Source: Bigelowiella natans CCMP2755
Lineage: Eukaryota; Protista; Cercozoa
Direction: 5' to 3'
DNA: 64,000 nucleotides
NCBI GenBank assembly: GCA_000320545.1
Contig: ADNK01000976.1
Location: 1 to 64,000 of the forward strand
Positions 12,997 through 25,294 of this stretch are shown here, in pieces (positions within the stretch are counted from its first letter, which is position 1; every line of letters starts with the position of its first letter). The position numbers and the translations under genes were made by a program. Under the pieces are notes generated by a model that was given only the letters and a program-made list of their open reading frames with translations, ran no database searches and was not told where the DNA came from.

Positions 12997-15900
12997 ATGG
13001 CCCGCAGCTGCGGTGGCACATCTGCTAGGATGTTAGTCCTGTTCCTGGCCACCCTGGCGATTCATTCCGGAGTTGTCCATGGGATTGGAAACAGTAGCTT
13101 GCACAATTGGGATTTCTACGGCATGGGAGAAGAGCAACACAAGTCTAAGGACAGGGAGGCCATAAAGATCATCTCACACGCAGAGTAAACTTTTCTTTTC
13201 TTAACCTGGAGTAAGTAATGAATTTCCTCTATCATGTACGCATCAGGCATTCTGTTGAATTATTGGCTTACCCGACTGATTCACGCACATTCGTCGGATC
13301 ACCGCCATCTTATCTTCAAATAGTGATAGATTTTGCTCCGGGCTACAATCAGGTTCAGTTATTGATGCTAACACGATAATACCATATCGCTGACACTCTT
13401 AATGTTTTAGATCGATCTCATCGTGGTCCAGGCGGACTGGAGGGATCAAGGTCTGAAGACTAGCAATTCTGATATGTTAGTCATCGAGGGACTACTTCTC
13501 TTCAAATATATTAATAACCATTCATTGCATTTTATATAATATTCGTATCTTATTGCGAAATAGCGCGTCAACTTGCAAGCTTTGATCGACTGCCAACAAT
13601 ATTTTTGAAAGGATGGGGCAATACCAACAGCGGCTGGCTTAATCTCAAACTTGTCGACGGCAATAGTGTCATCAGTTCAATGTAAAGAATGAGCAACTTG
13701 AGCTAATCGTGAGCGGTCTCCTAACTGTACTACTATTTCAGACGCCTAGCTACTGCCCCTGCTTTTCGTTGCTGCGGTAAGTATTCAAGTCGGATAATAG
13801 AAATTTTGGTGGTAACCTTATTGCAACAAACAGATAACGGGGGCTGCACATGCTACCAAAGAAAGATCGAAAGCTGGACTTACAGCGCTTCAGATGCCAT
13901 TGTTGTTCTAACAATAACACAGATTAGCTAGTCTGATGCAGCATATGATACGCGAAGTCTTACCGGTAATACTGAACAGAAGCAGCACGCCATTTAACGT
14001 TTGTTCGGTACTTGTAAGGTTCAATCCTATTCGGCAGGCTACAAGCTTCAACTAGAAACATAGTAATACTACTTAATTTTGCTATCTGTATCGTTACAAG
14101 TGTTAGAATTAAAGGGATCAAAAGAAGTCTTAACTATTCTCGTCTACCCTACCAGCGAGAAAGACTCGGGCCATAGCCTTTACTTCGCTTCCCTGCAGAT
14201 TTCTGTTCGTCTGGTAGTTTATAACGTCACTACAGATTACTATAAACAATGGCATGATATCGTGGTAGCAGGCTAATATCGTTTGTTGCTTAAATCGTAA
14301 TGCAGGCGCCAACACCATATCCAACCTCGCACCCGACCTCGATGTCCCCTACGAATCATCCAACGTCTCAATCGCCTGTAACGGCTGTTCCCACTCACGT
14401 ATGTGGCACTGCTATCGCCTAACACCACTTTTCACCTCACATTCTTGTTTCATAGTATTTTCTGCTTTTCGTCATAATTGATGGAGATTTGTCTCGTCGA
14501 ATAGTCACCAGAGTGTGCGAATAACCACACGCACATTGCTACAAATGCTCAGGTTCCGAGTTCGGGGTCGCCGGCCACATCCTGTCCTAGCGTTTCTCCA
14601 AGTACTATGGGCCCGACAACTTCTATGCCTTCGACCTCTAGCCCCAGCTCATCGATGCCTTCAACTACCAGCCCGTCTTCAATGATGCCAACAAACTCTC
14701 CAATCACGAACGCCCCATCCCTCACCCCAACACTCTCCCCGACGTTGTTTGGCGTGGAGGCCATGCATGCTATATTGGGGGACACGGCGACCTTTATATC
14801 CATCAGATTTAACTGGCCAGTAGATGCCCCAGGAGCGAAAGCATTGGATGATGACCAAAAGCAAGCTGACACCTGTTTGAACCTCCTGCATCCTCACACA
14901 GTGTCACAGCTGGGAACGGCGCCGCGCTGCTTCTGGAAGACAGATAATCTGCACCTTATTTTACGATTTGGCCCTGGATTCCTCATTACTCCGGGAGTAT
15001 CAGTTGTTTCCCTTATTGAACGAAGGATACAAAGACGTGACGTTCCGACAGAGCTGAATAAAAGATTCGATCTCCTCGTCGAGTTTCCTCACAACCCACC
15101 TACTCTCAAGCTGTCCGTTATTGGGCCAAGTTCTGTGGGTACATGTAATTTAACGAGAATAGCTGCAGATCCCGTGAGGCTTTTTGCATACACTGAAGGT
15201 GGTGTTGGGCGAGATTTGATCTATGTCTGGAAAGTGAGGAGAATATTCACAGAAAACGGGGGTAATAGCATAGCACTTCCAATACCCGTGAATGCTAATT
15301 GGGGTGGCAACGGTAGCATTCCAAGCAATGCCACGGCCATGGAACAATTGCTCGCAATCGTCGAAAGCACTAGAACACCAGAACTGATATTTCCATCGAG
15401 TTTATTGTTTCCGGGTTATAGCCACCTGTTTGAAGTGAGTGCGACGAGTTGGCTAAGAGCGGCGGCTACTGCGAACCACACCGTAGCAAGGAAGACTACA
15501 AGCTTTATCCCACGAATTTTATTTCCCGGGCAGCGTGATGTGACGATCCTTTCAACCCAAGCCCTCAGCTTCCCGACACAAGTGCATGTCCCTTGTCATG
15601 AGGATGATGGCTACCAGGACGTGCTGGTACGTGCTTCCTGGTCACTCGTTTCGGGACCAACGAACGTTGTCATTCGAGGGCCCAACTCGAGTTACCTCCA
15701 ACTCGAAAGAAATGCAATGGTTCCCACCATCGTGGGATCAGACAAGGGAAAGGGGGGAGAGATGTACACGTTCCTTCTACGTGCAGAGTCCCAGCACGTA
15801 CAAACTGGTGCCACACTAGGTTTCGCACAAGAAACCATCAACGTGCATGTAAGGGCAGCTCCTGTAACGGCGATTCTAAAGGGCGGGACAAAGCGATTTG

Positions 15901-18900
15901 TCTCTGTCATTCGCTCCTCAAATTTCAATATCACGGCCGATGCCTCCCTCTCAACGAATCCAAGCTATCCTAATGAGACACTTCAGTATGAATTTTCTTT
16001 TTTCGTGGCGAGTTCTTCCTCTTCCGACTCCCACGTTCCTTTCCCATCGGGTGAAGCAAAAATACTGCCTCCTAGCAGTACCGACACTCCGTGGCTTGCT
16101 GCCGTGCCAGCTTCTTTGATCCCAGCTCTTGGAACGTATGTGATTCGAGTGAACGTATCAAGCAACATAAGGTTTGTAGGAGGTGGAACAGAAGGCAACA
16201 CGACTAGTGAGGCAGCTGTGGTACTGTGGTCTGTCACACACCAAACGCTGGAAGTTGTAGCTGTTTATGACCACGAGGACGACCAACAAAATGGAACAGT
16301 TCTAGTGCCCAATGTGGAGCTAAAGATGCTGAATGTAGGAAACGGCGAGGAATCTCTCGACAAATTTGACTCCAACTCACCGCTCCGACTACGTGCAGAC
16401 GTAGATACGATTTCTCTTGGCCCCCCCGCCACCACCCAGAAGAGAGTATTGTCATACTCATGGACATGTGACAGTCTGAACTTGAACAATCTTAGCGATC
16501 CTTTGCATCTCCGTAGCAGGTTGGAGTTAAAAAGTACCGGGAGATATTTCAGTCTAGCTCCCAACACAGTTCGTGCGGGAGAGACATATACCTTTACGGT
16601 GAAGGTAAAAGTGTTGTTAGGAGAAAATAGTCATGCTAGCGTTGCCACATCCGCTTTTGGTGCTGCGAGTATAACCATCCGTGCAAACTCGCCTCCAGCT
16701 CTTGGATTTTGCGGAGCCAGGCCAAATGTAGGAATCGCAATGAGCACCAGCTTTCGCCTTGAGTGTAGGCTTTGGAACGATGAAGACCAACCACTACGAT
16801 ACCAATTTCAAATCAAATCGGCACCGTCATTGTCCTCGTCCTCCTTGTCGTCGACTACCTTCTTGGATGTCTGTCAACCGAGACATCTCGAATACTACCA
16901 GATTGAAATGATGCCATTTATTGGACAAAGGGTGGGTAGAAATTATTCGAGAGTTGATCTGAGAGCCACAATTTTTGACGGACTGGGCGCATCGACTCGA
17001 CAAGACTTTGCAATAAACGTAAGTAAACCAGAAGCTGTATCGCTCGTTCAAGCGCAGACTGCACTTTTGAATCTCGCTACTGTCGGCGACACACAGGATT
17101 TCGCTATCTTCGTTTATGCGGTAGGTTGGTGGTAGTAAAAGAGTATCTACACACAATTTTTGAGGCCCAATAATCTTTGGTTGATAATGGCCATATCAAA
17201 CAGTTGACAGTTACGCGCAGTGCAACTTAGACATCGAACAAACTGCATTCCATGCTGCCTATATTACATATCTGCGTGAGAGCGCCTGAATTTTGGTATT
17301 AAGTGCAAGAAGATGCGCTCACAAAATGTGTAAACGTGTACACCAAATTCCTATGTGCTGGGAAACCGTATATCCAAACCCATGTTTCTTCTATTATTGA
17401 TCTATTTACTGACTGAATTGTTTTTGTTCGGTTTGCTTATTCATCGATTTATGGCAGCTTTCGAATTATCTCTCCACTTCTGTTTCATCGGGCGCCCTGG
17501 ACCCTATTTCATCTCAAAAGCTGAGGCTGCAAATGCTGTCCCTTGGTCGTGATTTAAGTGCGAGCAACCCGATATTAATGTCATCAGTTGCCAGTGAAGC
17601 CACCAAATTTTCACACCCTTCTGAATTGAGTGACGCAAATTATGCTTCCGAACTCGTAGCTGATATACTAGAACACGCCCTAGATTCAGCGACTACAACG
17701 CCGACGTCTAGTGGAGCAAAAATCATAGATCAAGAGGAACAGCTCGCTATATCTGTGACATCATCGGTGCTCAGCATTGCAGCTGCAAATGCATATGTTG
17801 CAAAGGACGCTACATCGGCTAATTTGTTCAATGGAACTGGTTCTTTGACTCCTCGCCCTCGAGGTAAAAGCAACGAATCGGTAACGAATGTGACAGCGAC
17901 TCGACTGACCAGATGTCTCTCCAAGGCTACCATAAGGCTTGCCGGTCAAATATCACCTGGTGGCAGTCCTGCGAAAATTATTCAATGGGGTGGCGGGGTT
18001 GGAGAAGAATCGGGGAAAGGAGATGGTATTAGCAACAACACTCTGTTTGCTGGAATGATGGTCATGGTCGCCGAAAGCACCAAGGATCTTCAGAATGTGA
18101 CTCTCTCCCTTCTGGATTCTCCCTCTTCTTCAGCTCCGCGAGTACGCTTGCAAATTCCAAACCTTGACAACGCCAGTGGGGAGACAAGGCGTGGCCGCGG
18201 AGAGGGGGTGACAGCTAGCTTCGTCTTCCTTTCCGGGAGTTCTCTATATCCCTACAATACCAACGACACGGTAGGAGAAGGAGACGGGTCCTTCTCAGGG
18301 CTGAGTATAGTGGAGCTGAAAGACAAGAACACCGGGGCTACTCTTCACATTCGAAACAATAGTCAACCGTTCCGCCTTTCAGTCCCGATGCTGGCCTCGA
18401 AAAGGAGGCATGCGGATACTCGGCAGTTCAGAGAGGAGTGCATGTATTGGTCGGAAAGTGAGGCCAGATGGAGCACGAGAGGAGTGAGCGTGTTGAAATC
18501 GGATCCAACCGCTAGAAATAATGCCCACAGCTCTCTTCCTTTCATTACGTGTGAGTCTCATCACCTGACTGCATTCTCTGGAAGGTTTCAGCTTCAAATC
18601 AATGCTATTGATGAGGACGACATTCGGGACAAAAGAAGCTTAGATCCGAGGGAGAACGCTATTATGGCTCTCATCATTGCACTCTGGGGCCTCTACGTTG
18701 CGTCATTTGTTGTTGCTACATATTTTGGTGATGGGCATAATGACAAAGAAAATAGTGATAGAATCAACGAAATTGGTCCTTTGAAGCATGGCAAGGAAAA
18801 GCCATCGAAGGAGGGAGGAGTCGACGAGAAGGCCAGAGGACAACTAGAGCGTCAGGTACCAGCAAACGCCCATGTTGATGATGAAACGGGTAAACCGCAA

Positions 18901-20772
18901 GAGGAGCTCGGTAGCATTTACAGCCTTCGCTCTGTCACCAAGAGCCGAGTAAGAACTCGGGAGGAGAAGCAGTTTTGGAGAAGCTCCAACGGCATTCGAA
19001 AAATGCACAGCGAGGGTAAACGGTCGGTTGGGAATTTCCTGAAGGCTAGCCGCTGGATGATGAGGAGACGTCATCCTTGGATCTCGGTCATTTGGAGGCA
19101 CTCGGGAGATTATATGAACTCCCAAAAACGCCTCACCATGCTGCTGGCGCTCGTCCTCAATGCAGCGGTGGTATGTTCTTTGATACGCGGCACACAGCAA
19201 CAACTAGGCTTCATCAGCGGCCCAACAGCAACTGCATTTGTGGCCTGTGTTCTGGCGTTCCCAGTGCCTTTTTCCCTGTTCTGGACGTTTGCTCGTCGCG
19301 CTCCAAGGGAATTTCAGGTCCATTTTAAACAAAGCGGGTTGATTTCACTTATCCCGTGCCTGTTCATATTGGCCGAGGACGTAGAGTTTCAGCTTGCAGA
19401 TACCAGTGGCAGTGATCGGAATAGCCAGGCGACACACCAGAATCAACAACAACAGCAGCCTACTGAGAATGCAATCGGCCCTGATAATAATACCCCTGTA
19501 GCAAACGCTGACGACCAACACCGTGACGACGACTCGAATCGTCTGGTCAGGGCAAATGACAATAAAAATTGTTCAGATATCAGTTTGCGCGACATGAATG
19601 ATAGCAATTCCTCATTTGGTGGGGTACCATCCTCTCGCTATCATCCTCCTTCTAGAGGCGAATTGGAGCTTATTTCCGTTCCTCAAATTTCCAAGCCATC
19701 ACTAGTATCTACCACTCCTCTCCCGACAAGCATCAAGCTTCAAGCAGCGGTAACTACGGGGGCCATCGGAGCTGAAAGAGCAGGCACCTCGTCATCGTCT
19801 CGTCGTTCTCAGGAGAACAGAAGTGGAAAATTTGGGCCCTGGATTACTGGCAAGGAAGGCTTTATCAATAATGGGACGAGAACGATAACAGTAGCTGAAA
19901 CTACCACTTCTGCTGGAAGTGCTACTTCCATTCTTCAGTCCTTGCCATGGAGGCATCATGAAGATCCTCTGGCTAATGAGTGGCGCTGCTTTGATTACTT
20001 CGCAATGTCTGCCACATTATGTATGTCCCTTGGATGCTCCTTTCTCTTAGCAATTTACTCACACAACGCAGGCGAAACCAACAAGGATGCAGTCGTTACT
20101 ACGTTGCTATCGTTGCCACAGGACATAGGAATGCGAATTTTGAGCATTACCTTTCTGGAGGTAGTACTGCTGTGCCCATGTTTATGTTGTTTTGGTGCAG
20201 TAGTTTATCCCGAGGGGAAGAAGCGACGCATGACTGATTTCAAGATGATGCGAATTAGCGCAGAAAATCCACCGTTTGAGCTCGATTCCAAGGGGTACAT
20301 CATCAAATATTCGCTAGAGAACACTCCAACGACTAAGCAGGAGGAAGTTTCCCTTGGTTGGCGAATCTCAGAAGTAGACGGCGAGCAAGTCAGCTCTCGC
20401 GAGCAATTTCTCCATGTGCTCTGCAAAGCAAGTGCAGTTAGGGAGTTTGTGGACGCCAAATTCAAAGTCAATTTCAACGAACCCGAGGACAGCCTGTTTG
20501 GAATTGCTCCTGAAGTGGACTTTGACTATGCAGCTCATCAGAGGAACGTTTTGTCAAAAAACTTCTTAGGAGACGTGTTGCATGAGAGTGATATCTTCAG
20601 CGAGAGCAGCAGTGCTGATTGGAATCCTGGAGTCGGGGTAAACAGCGATAGCAATAGCGATGACATGGATCCTGGATTCGATGGCAATGCCGCTGCTGCC
20701 ATGGTTTTACCCGCTCAATCGGCAAAGCTGGAAGAGAAAGGCTCCAAAACCCAGACAGTTGCTTGGAAATAA
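12997..20772 (+). CDS. Large polycystin-1-like receptor: signal peptide, Ser/Thr/Pro stalk, REJ, GAIN/GPS, several TM helices, possible C-terminal PDZ-like domain
   Basis: Signal peptide (MLVLFLATLAIHSGVVHG), then small exons 13.2-14.4 kb. Large exons ~14551-17121 and 17521-20772 join in frame (VYA|LRLQML). REJ motif NSPPALGFC..P..G.AMSTSFRLEC..WNDEDQPLRYQF; GPS motif CMYW..WSTRGV..CESHHLTAFS; HPWISV..SQKRLTMLLALVL. Confidence 0.85.
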
Positions 20773-21024
20773 TGCTGCATCTCCAGATGCATTTGCTTGC
20801 AGGAAGAACATTTATTGCTCAACAGCTTCAATTGATACACAGATGGCTTGCAGTCTATGTAATAATGATGCTAGCCGGCGACTTATTGCTAAGCTAGCGC
20901 TTATATATGTTAGCTTTTAATGCAGACAATTTGTACCGGCTGCAAGGACAGCAAATTCACAAAGCTGAAGCACATATCAACAGCTGCAGCGTATGTATCG
21001 TATGGCCTGCGCATGCGGGCACCC

Positions 21025-21308
21025 TAGAGCTCAAGGGGGGCGGGTTTGCGGACACAGCAATCGCAGGCGCCCTGCGGCCCTGCCGAGCGCCGCCGGCCGA
21101 AGCTGACTTGCGGAAATGGCTTCTCTTGGCGCGTTGCGCCATTTCTGCATTATACCAAGCCAAAACATAGCATTTTTCTGAAATTCAGTGAAATCTGCAA
21201 TGGAAACATGCAAACTTCATTGCAACCACCCGCAAATTTCTCGCGCTCCGCGCGAGAAAAACACTCTTTTGGCCGCAAAACCCTCATTTCCGCCCCCCTT
21301 GATCTCTA
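21025..21308. mobile_element. Non-autonomous TIR element (MITE), hAT-like
   Basis: 19-bp TIRs TAGAG(C/A)TCAAGGGGGGCGG with one mismatch; 284 bp, non-coding. Flanking 8-mers GGGCACCC and GATCACTC match 5/8 (possible decayed TSD). Internal hairpin TTCTCGCG-ctccg-CGCGAGAA. Confidence 0.75.
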
Positions 21309-21315
21309 GATCACT

Positions 21316-21535
21316 CATGCATGTGAGATGGATGCAATGGATCAAATCAAATTTGTTCAATGGTCATCCTTGTGTAGCTGTGCAAAGCATGCAGCGGCTA
21401 CAGCGCTGCTGTTGAATCTGTTGGTCTCCGCTATGATGTGTTTCATGCAATCAAATGCATGTTGTTCATTCGATCTTGAATGTCGCAAATTTTTTCCGCG
21501 CAGCAGTGCGCGTTTCCTTCTCATCACGAGTCAAT
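21316..21535 (+). repeat. Spacer element, copy C (long, TpA-eroded)
   Basis: Aligns over ~220 bp to the reverse complement of 62965-63195. Confidence 0.9.
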
Positions 21536-22181
21536 GCGCATGCATGTGCCTGCTCAATCCCGAAACATGCATGTACGCGTGTGGCCATTAGCGTCATCGC
21601 TTAGCGTATCGTACATGTGCCTTGCGCTGCATCGTGTGCGTAGCCGCTGCTTTGCTTTGCACAGCAGCTACATCACAGGATGATATTGAAAAGATTTTAT
21701 CACTCCATTACTCTCATGTGTCTTAATTGCTTTTCGATTCATTTGCACATGCATGCATGACTTACAAATGCATTGATGGTACCCAAAGTCAGCTAGAAAA
21801 GTTGTAGTGCAATGCTAGAATGGCTGCCGCAGCGCAAACGGCGGCTGATCGTTGCACTGACGATTCGCCGGATTCGCACCCGCCACCATTAATTATTGGA
21901 TGCTTGAATGCTAGTGTACTCATGCGCGCAACAAATTTAGGGGTTCCATCGCAATGTGATGTCTTTTGAAGACTTTTACGTTAGTCTTTCTTAAATTTTT
22001 AGCTAGCGTCATACACACACATACTACGTTGTACGACATATAACTGACAAATCACATCGCATAAGCGGACAGCACTCCGGAATGATAGCTATCTACACCG
22101 ATAATTTCAGCGATGGAAGTCATACTAAGCGTTTAATTCTATCTCGGGAACGACGACAGAGTGTAACATCTTCCACAAGTT

Positions 22182-23593
22182 TCAAGCCTCTTCAGATTTT
22201 GTTCCATCGGGAGAGTTAGATTGCGCAGAATCACCTACTTCCTTGTTCTTGGAATCATCCTTGTGCTCTGTGGGAGGATTTTCCGTGGGGAGTGCCCCTA
22301 GGTCTTTCTCCTGAGAATTTGGAGGAGGATCTCTTACTTCCTGGCTTCGACCACTAAGCTCGGCCTCTCTATCAGAAGTTTGTGCTTTTGCAGGTGGTGA
22401 CAGCCCTTCCTTTTTTGGCGCCTCCTCATCAATGTTTGGTGGTGCGCCCCTATTCTTGCTACCCTCCTCGGAGTCGCTCAACGGGGCGGCTTTATTGCTC
22501 AAGGATCCAGCAGCGACATCTTTGTTACCGGATTCGTGTTTGCCATTTTTGGTTGTTTTGGCCTCGGAATGGTCAACTCCAACCGAAGCGGAGTTATCAT
22601 CCGAAGGCTCGGTCCGAGCTCGCTTATGAGACTGCTGCGGCGTCGCTGCATCTTCTCCGCTGTTCTCGGAGAGCACTCTCTTCTGTCCAGGCCTTGTCCG
22701 CTGGTTTTTTTCGTCTATGGTCCTAGAGTGGGCCGGAACAATACCTTGGTTGCTCGAATAGCTCTTGTATTCGTACTCATGTGGTTGGGAGGGGGTTTGT
22801 TGTTGTTGTTGTTGTTGTTGAAGTCCTCTTCTGAGGTTTGGCGGAGGTTGAAAGGCAGCTGGCTCTCCAGTATTCATCTTATTGGCTATGGCCGGAGGCA
22901 TGCCCATGTGCATGCTCGCATCCATATAAGGGCGAGACGTGTAGAGGTTTGGCGTTTGTTTCCATCCTTTACTCGACATCAACTGTCGCTGGCCGCCGGG
23001 GTACATCGATTTGCCTTCTATGAGTCCCTCCTCCTGACCTGAGGAGGGCATAACAGCCGACTTGGATGGTGCTCTTCCATCCATTGAGCCGGGGGACGTC
23101 TGTGTCATCATCACACTACTGCTATGCGTCCCACCAGCACCAGCACTACCACTAGCAATAGCCCCACCACCCCCACCACCACCACTAGGTGCACTACCAC
23201 CACCACCACCACCACCATTGGGTGGGAGGAAATCTGAAAAGCCCTCTCCACTATGGATAAGGTTGCTAGGCATGCGCTGTCCGAAGAATCCTCTTCCTCC
23301 TCCCTGAATTTGGGCCCTACGATACGTGCCATTGTAGCCCATCGGTGGTGGATGGGATTGCTGGCTGTACATCGGTGGGTGACTCTCCCCCATGCGATGG
23401 GGGGGGGGAGCCCAACCTCCGTACTGCGAACTGATCGCTTCATTTTCTAATGTTGACTGTGGATAACCATAATCTTGCCTCGCCATGCTACATATCACAC
23501 AAAAAGGTAGGATCAGCAAAGTCGCTCATATAATTATACGTGACCAAACATATTAAATCAGAATAACACGAGATCACAACAGGAACTGACCCG

Positions 23594-23627
<34 letters not shown>

Positions 23628-24268
23628 AGAAGCGCTCTCTCATCATCTGTTGATGCTCTTGCTGCTGTATTCGAGTCTCCTGCCGGCTTGTAAGGGAGAT
23701 CACTGAGTTTGCAAGCCAAAAATATATGAACAATCTTCAGATGCTTTCTTGACACTTGCCACAAAAACAACCCAATGTGTGGGAAACGATGAGTAACCTT
23801 GGTTCGTTCTTGGGTTCATAATGACTTTACACTGTGGGCACTGCACGAAATAAGCAGCTGTCGAGTGCGATAGGTACATCTTGCACTGAAAACAGAAGGT
23901 GCTGAGCTTCACATGCGGGTCCATACTGGTCGCGCATGAGGGACACCTAACCAACTGGGTCGGCGAAATATAAATAATCAATCAGAGAGCGTTGTGACAA
24001 TAAGGTTCAGAATGTCGTTATTGTATATTCCGCTTCGAATAGGAAAGAAAGGGGACGGGGGAGGTGGCATTGAAAAATGCAAATGAGAAGGGATACCCGC
24101 CTTTTGTGGGCGGGTACTAGAATTCCGGCGACGTGAGGACAGATGACTAACCTTGGCAATCCCCCTGTACCCGATCCTTGCGCTGCATGTGATGCAGTAC
24201 AAAATTTTCATCCCCTGGGGGTTGGTTCGGAACTGCACGGAATGCCGCGCATGGTCCACCCCCTCCAT
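22182..24268 (-). CDS. Protein with two LSD1-type zinc fingers and a long Gln/Gly/Pro-rich disordered region
   Basis: Spliced: YCITCSARIGYRGIAK|LVRCPSC and FCFQCKMYLSHSTAAYFVQCPQC (CxxC-x14-CxxC). A polyQ exon (~23592-23686) follows, then the last exon MARQDYGYPQ.. to the stop at 22182. Confidence 0.75.
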
Positions 24269-25217
24269 CAGTACAGGTGTGAGTCAGAACAATGTCAGCA
24301 CACACTGTCTAGTGATGTCGTGTCGTGTCTCCTGCTAAAAATGATTTTGTGGTGATTTGAAATGTGAATTCATCCTGAGCGACATAAAGAACATGTAAAA
24401 ATTGCAAAAAGTGGGATGCATTTTGTCTGTTGAGAGAAATTCCGAATGGTATAGAAGTTGTCGCGAGTCGCTACATAGGTTCGGTTCGCCTCACAACTGC
24501 AAACTCTGAAAAAAAACTCGAGGGACTCTCTCAGATCAGTGTGCCAAGATGGCTTCCAGCTTCATGCATCGATCCAAAAATTCAAGTGCCCTGGTCAGCC
24601 ATTGCCGCGCACGTCGTCAAATCAACAAAGTTTTGTCTCTGCAGCTGCACGCACTCACTTTCGTTGAGCTTGTTCAAGACCCGTCCAACCTGTACTGGGC
24701 CACGGTCTCATTGTCAAACCTGCTTGATCATCATTTCCCGCCTTGTGTCATTGCAGAGTTCCCCTCCCGGCTGGTCTCGCCCGCGCGAAATGGGAACGCA
24801 TTTCTGATCAACCGCATCCGGTGGTGCGGGAAAATCTTTGAACACTGACAGGCACGACCAAATGAGGCCTCATTGCAATCAGCCAACAGATGCGCTGCCA
24901 GCTGATGCTTGTTGTTGCACGTTGATGCAATCAATGCTCATTGAAAACAAAACACTGAAACCCTGATGATGAAAATGCATTGTGAGGAGCTTGAGCATGC
25001 ATGCCAAAACAAGCTCCCAAGAGGACATTGCCGCTCGCACGCGGGTCTTTTGACTTTTGCGCGTGCGTTTCACTTTGCTTCAACCAGCTTCACAGTTGAA
25101 CACATCACATCACGCTGTTTTCAGATTGCCTGCATGAAAAAACAACCTTTTTTTCCCAACATCATTTCGCTGACTTGTGCTGCAAAAGTTCCCTTTTGCA
25201 ACCCAACTTTTTCCATG

Positions 25218-25294
25218 TCGCACTGGCCCAAGCGGGGCCAAAATGCCAAAACTCACTGACTGCTTTCGCACTGGCCCAAGCGGGGCCAAAATGC
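25218..25294. repeat. 29-bp direct repeat, period 48
   Basis: TCGCACTGGCCCAAGCGGGGCCAAAATGC at 25218-25246 and 25266-25294. Confidence 0.9.

Noticed and set aside
17122-17520. Two separate genes (842-aa and 1079-aa ORFs)
   Set aside because: A GT..AG intron joins them in frame, and REJ followed by GPS is the expected domain order.
25218-25294. CRISPR-like repeat-spacer
   Set aside because: Only two units, a 19-bp gap, eukaryotic context and no cas genes.
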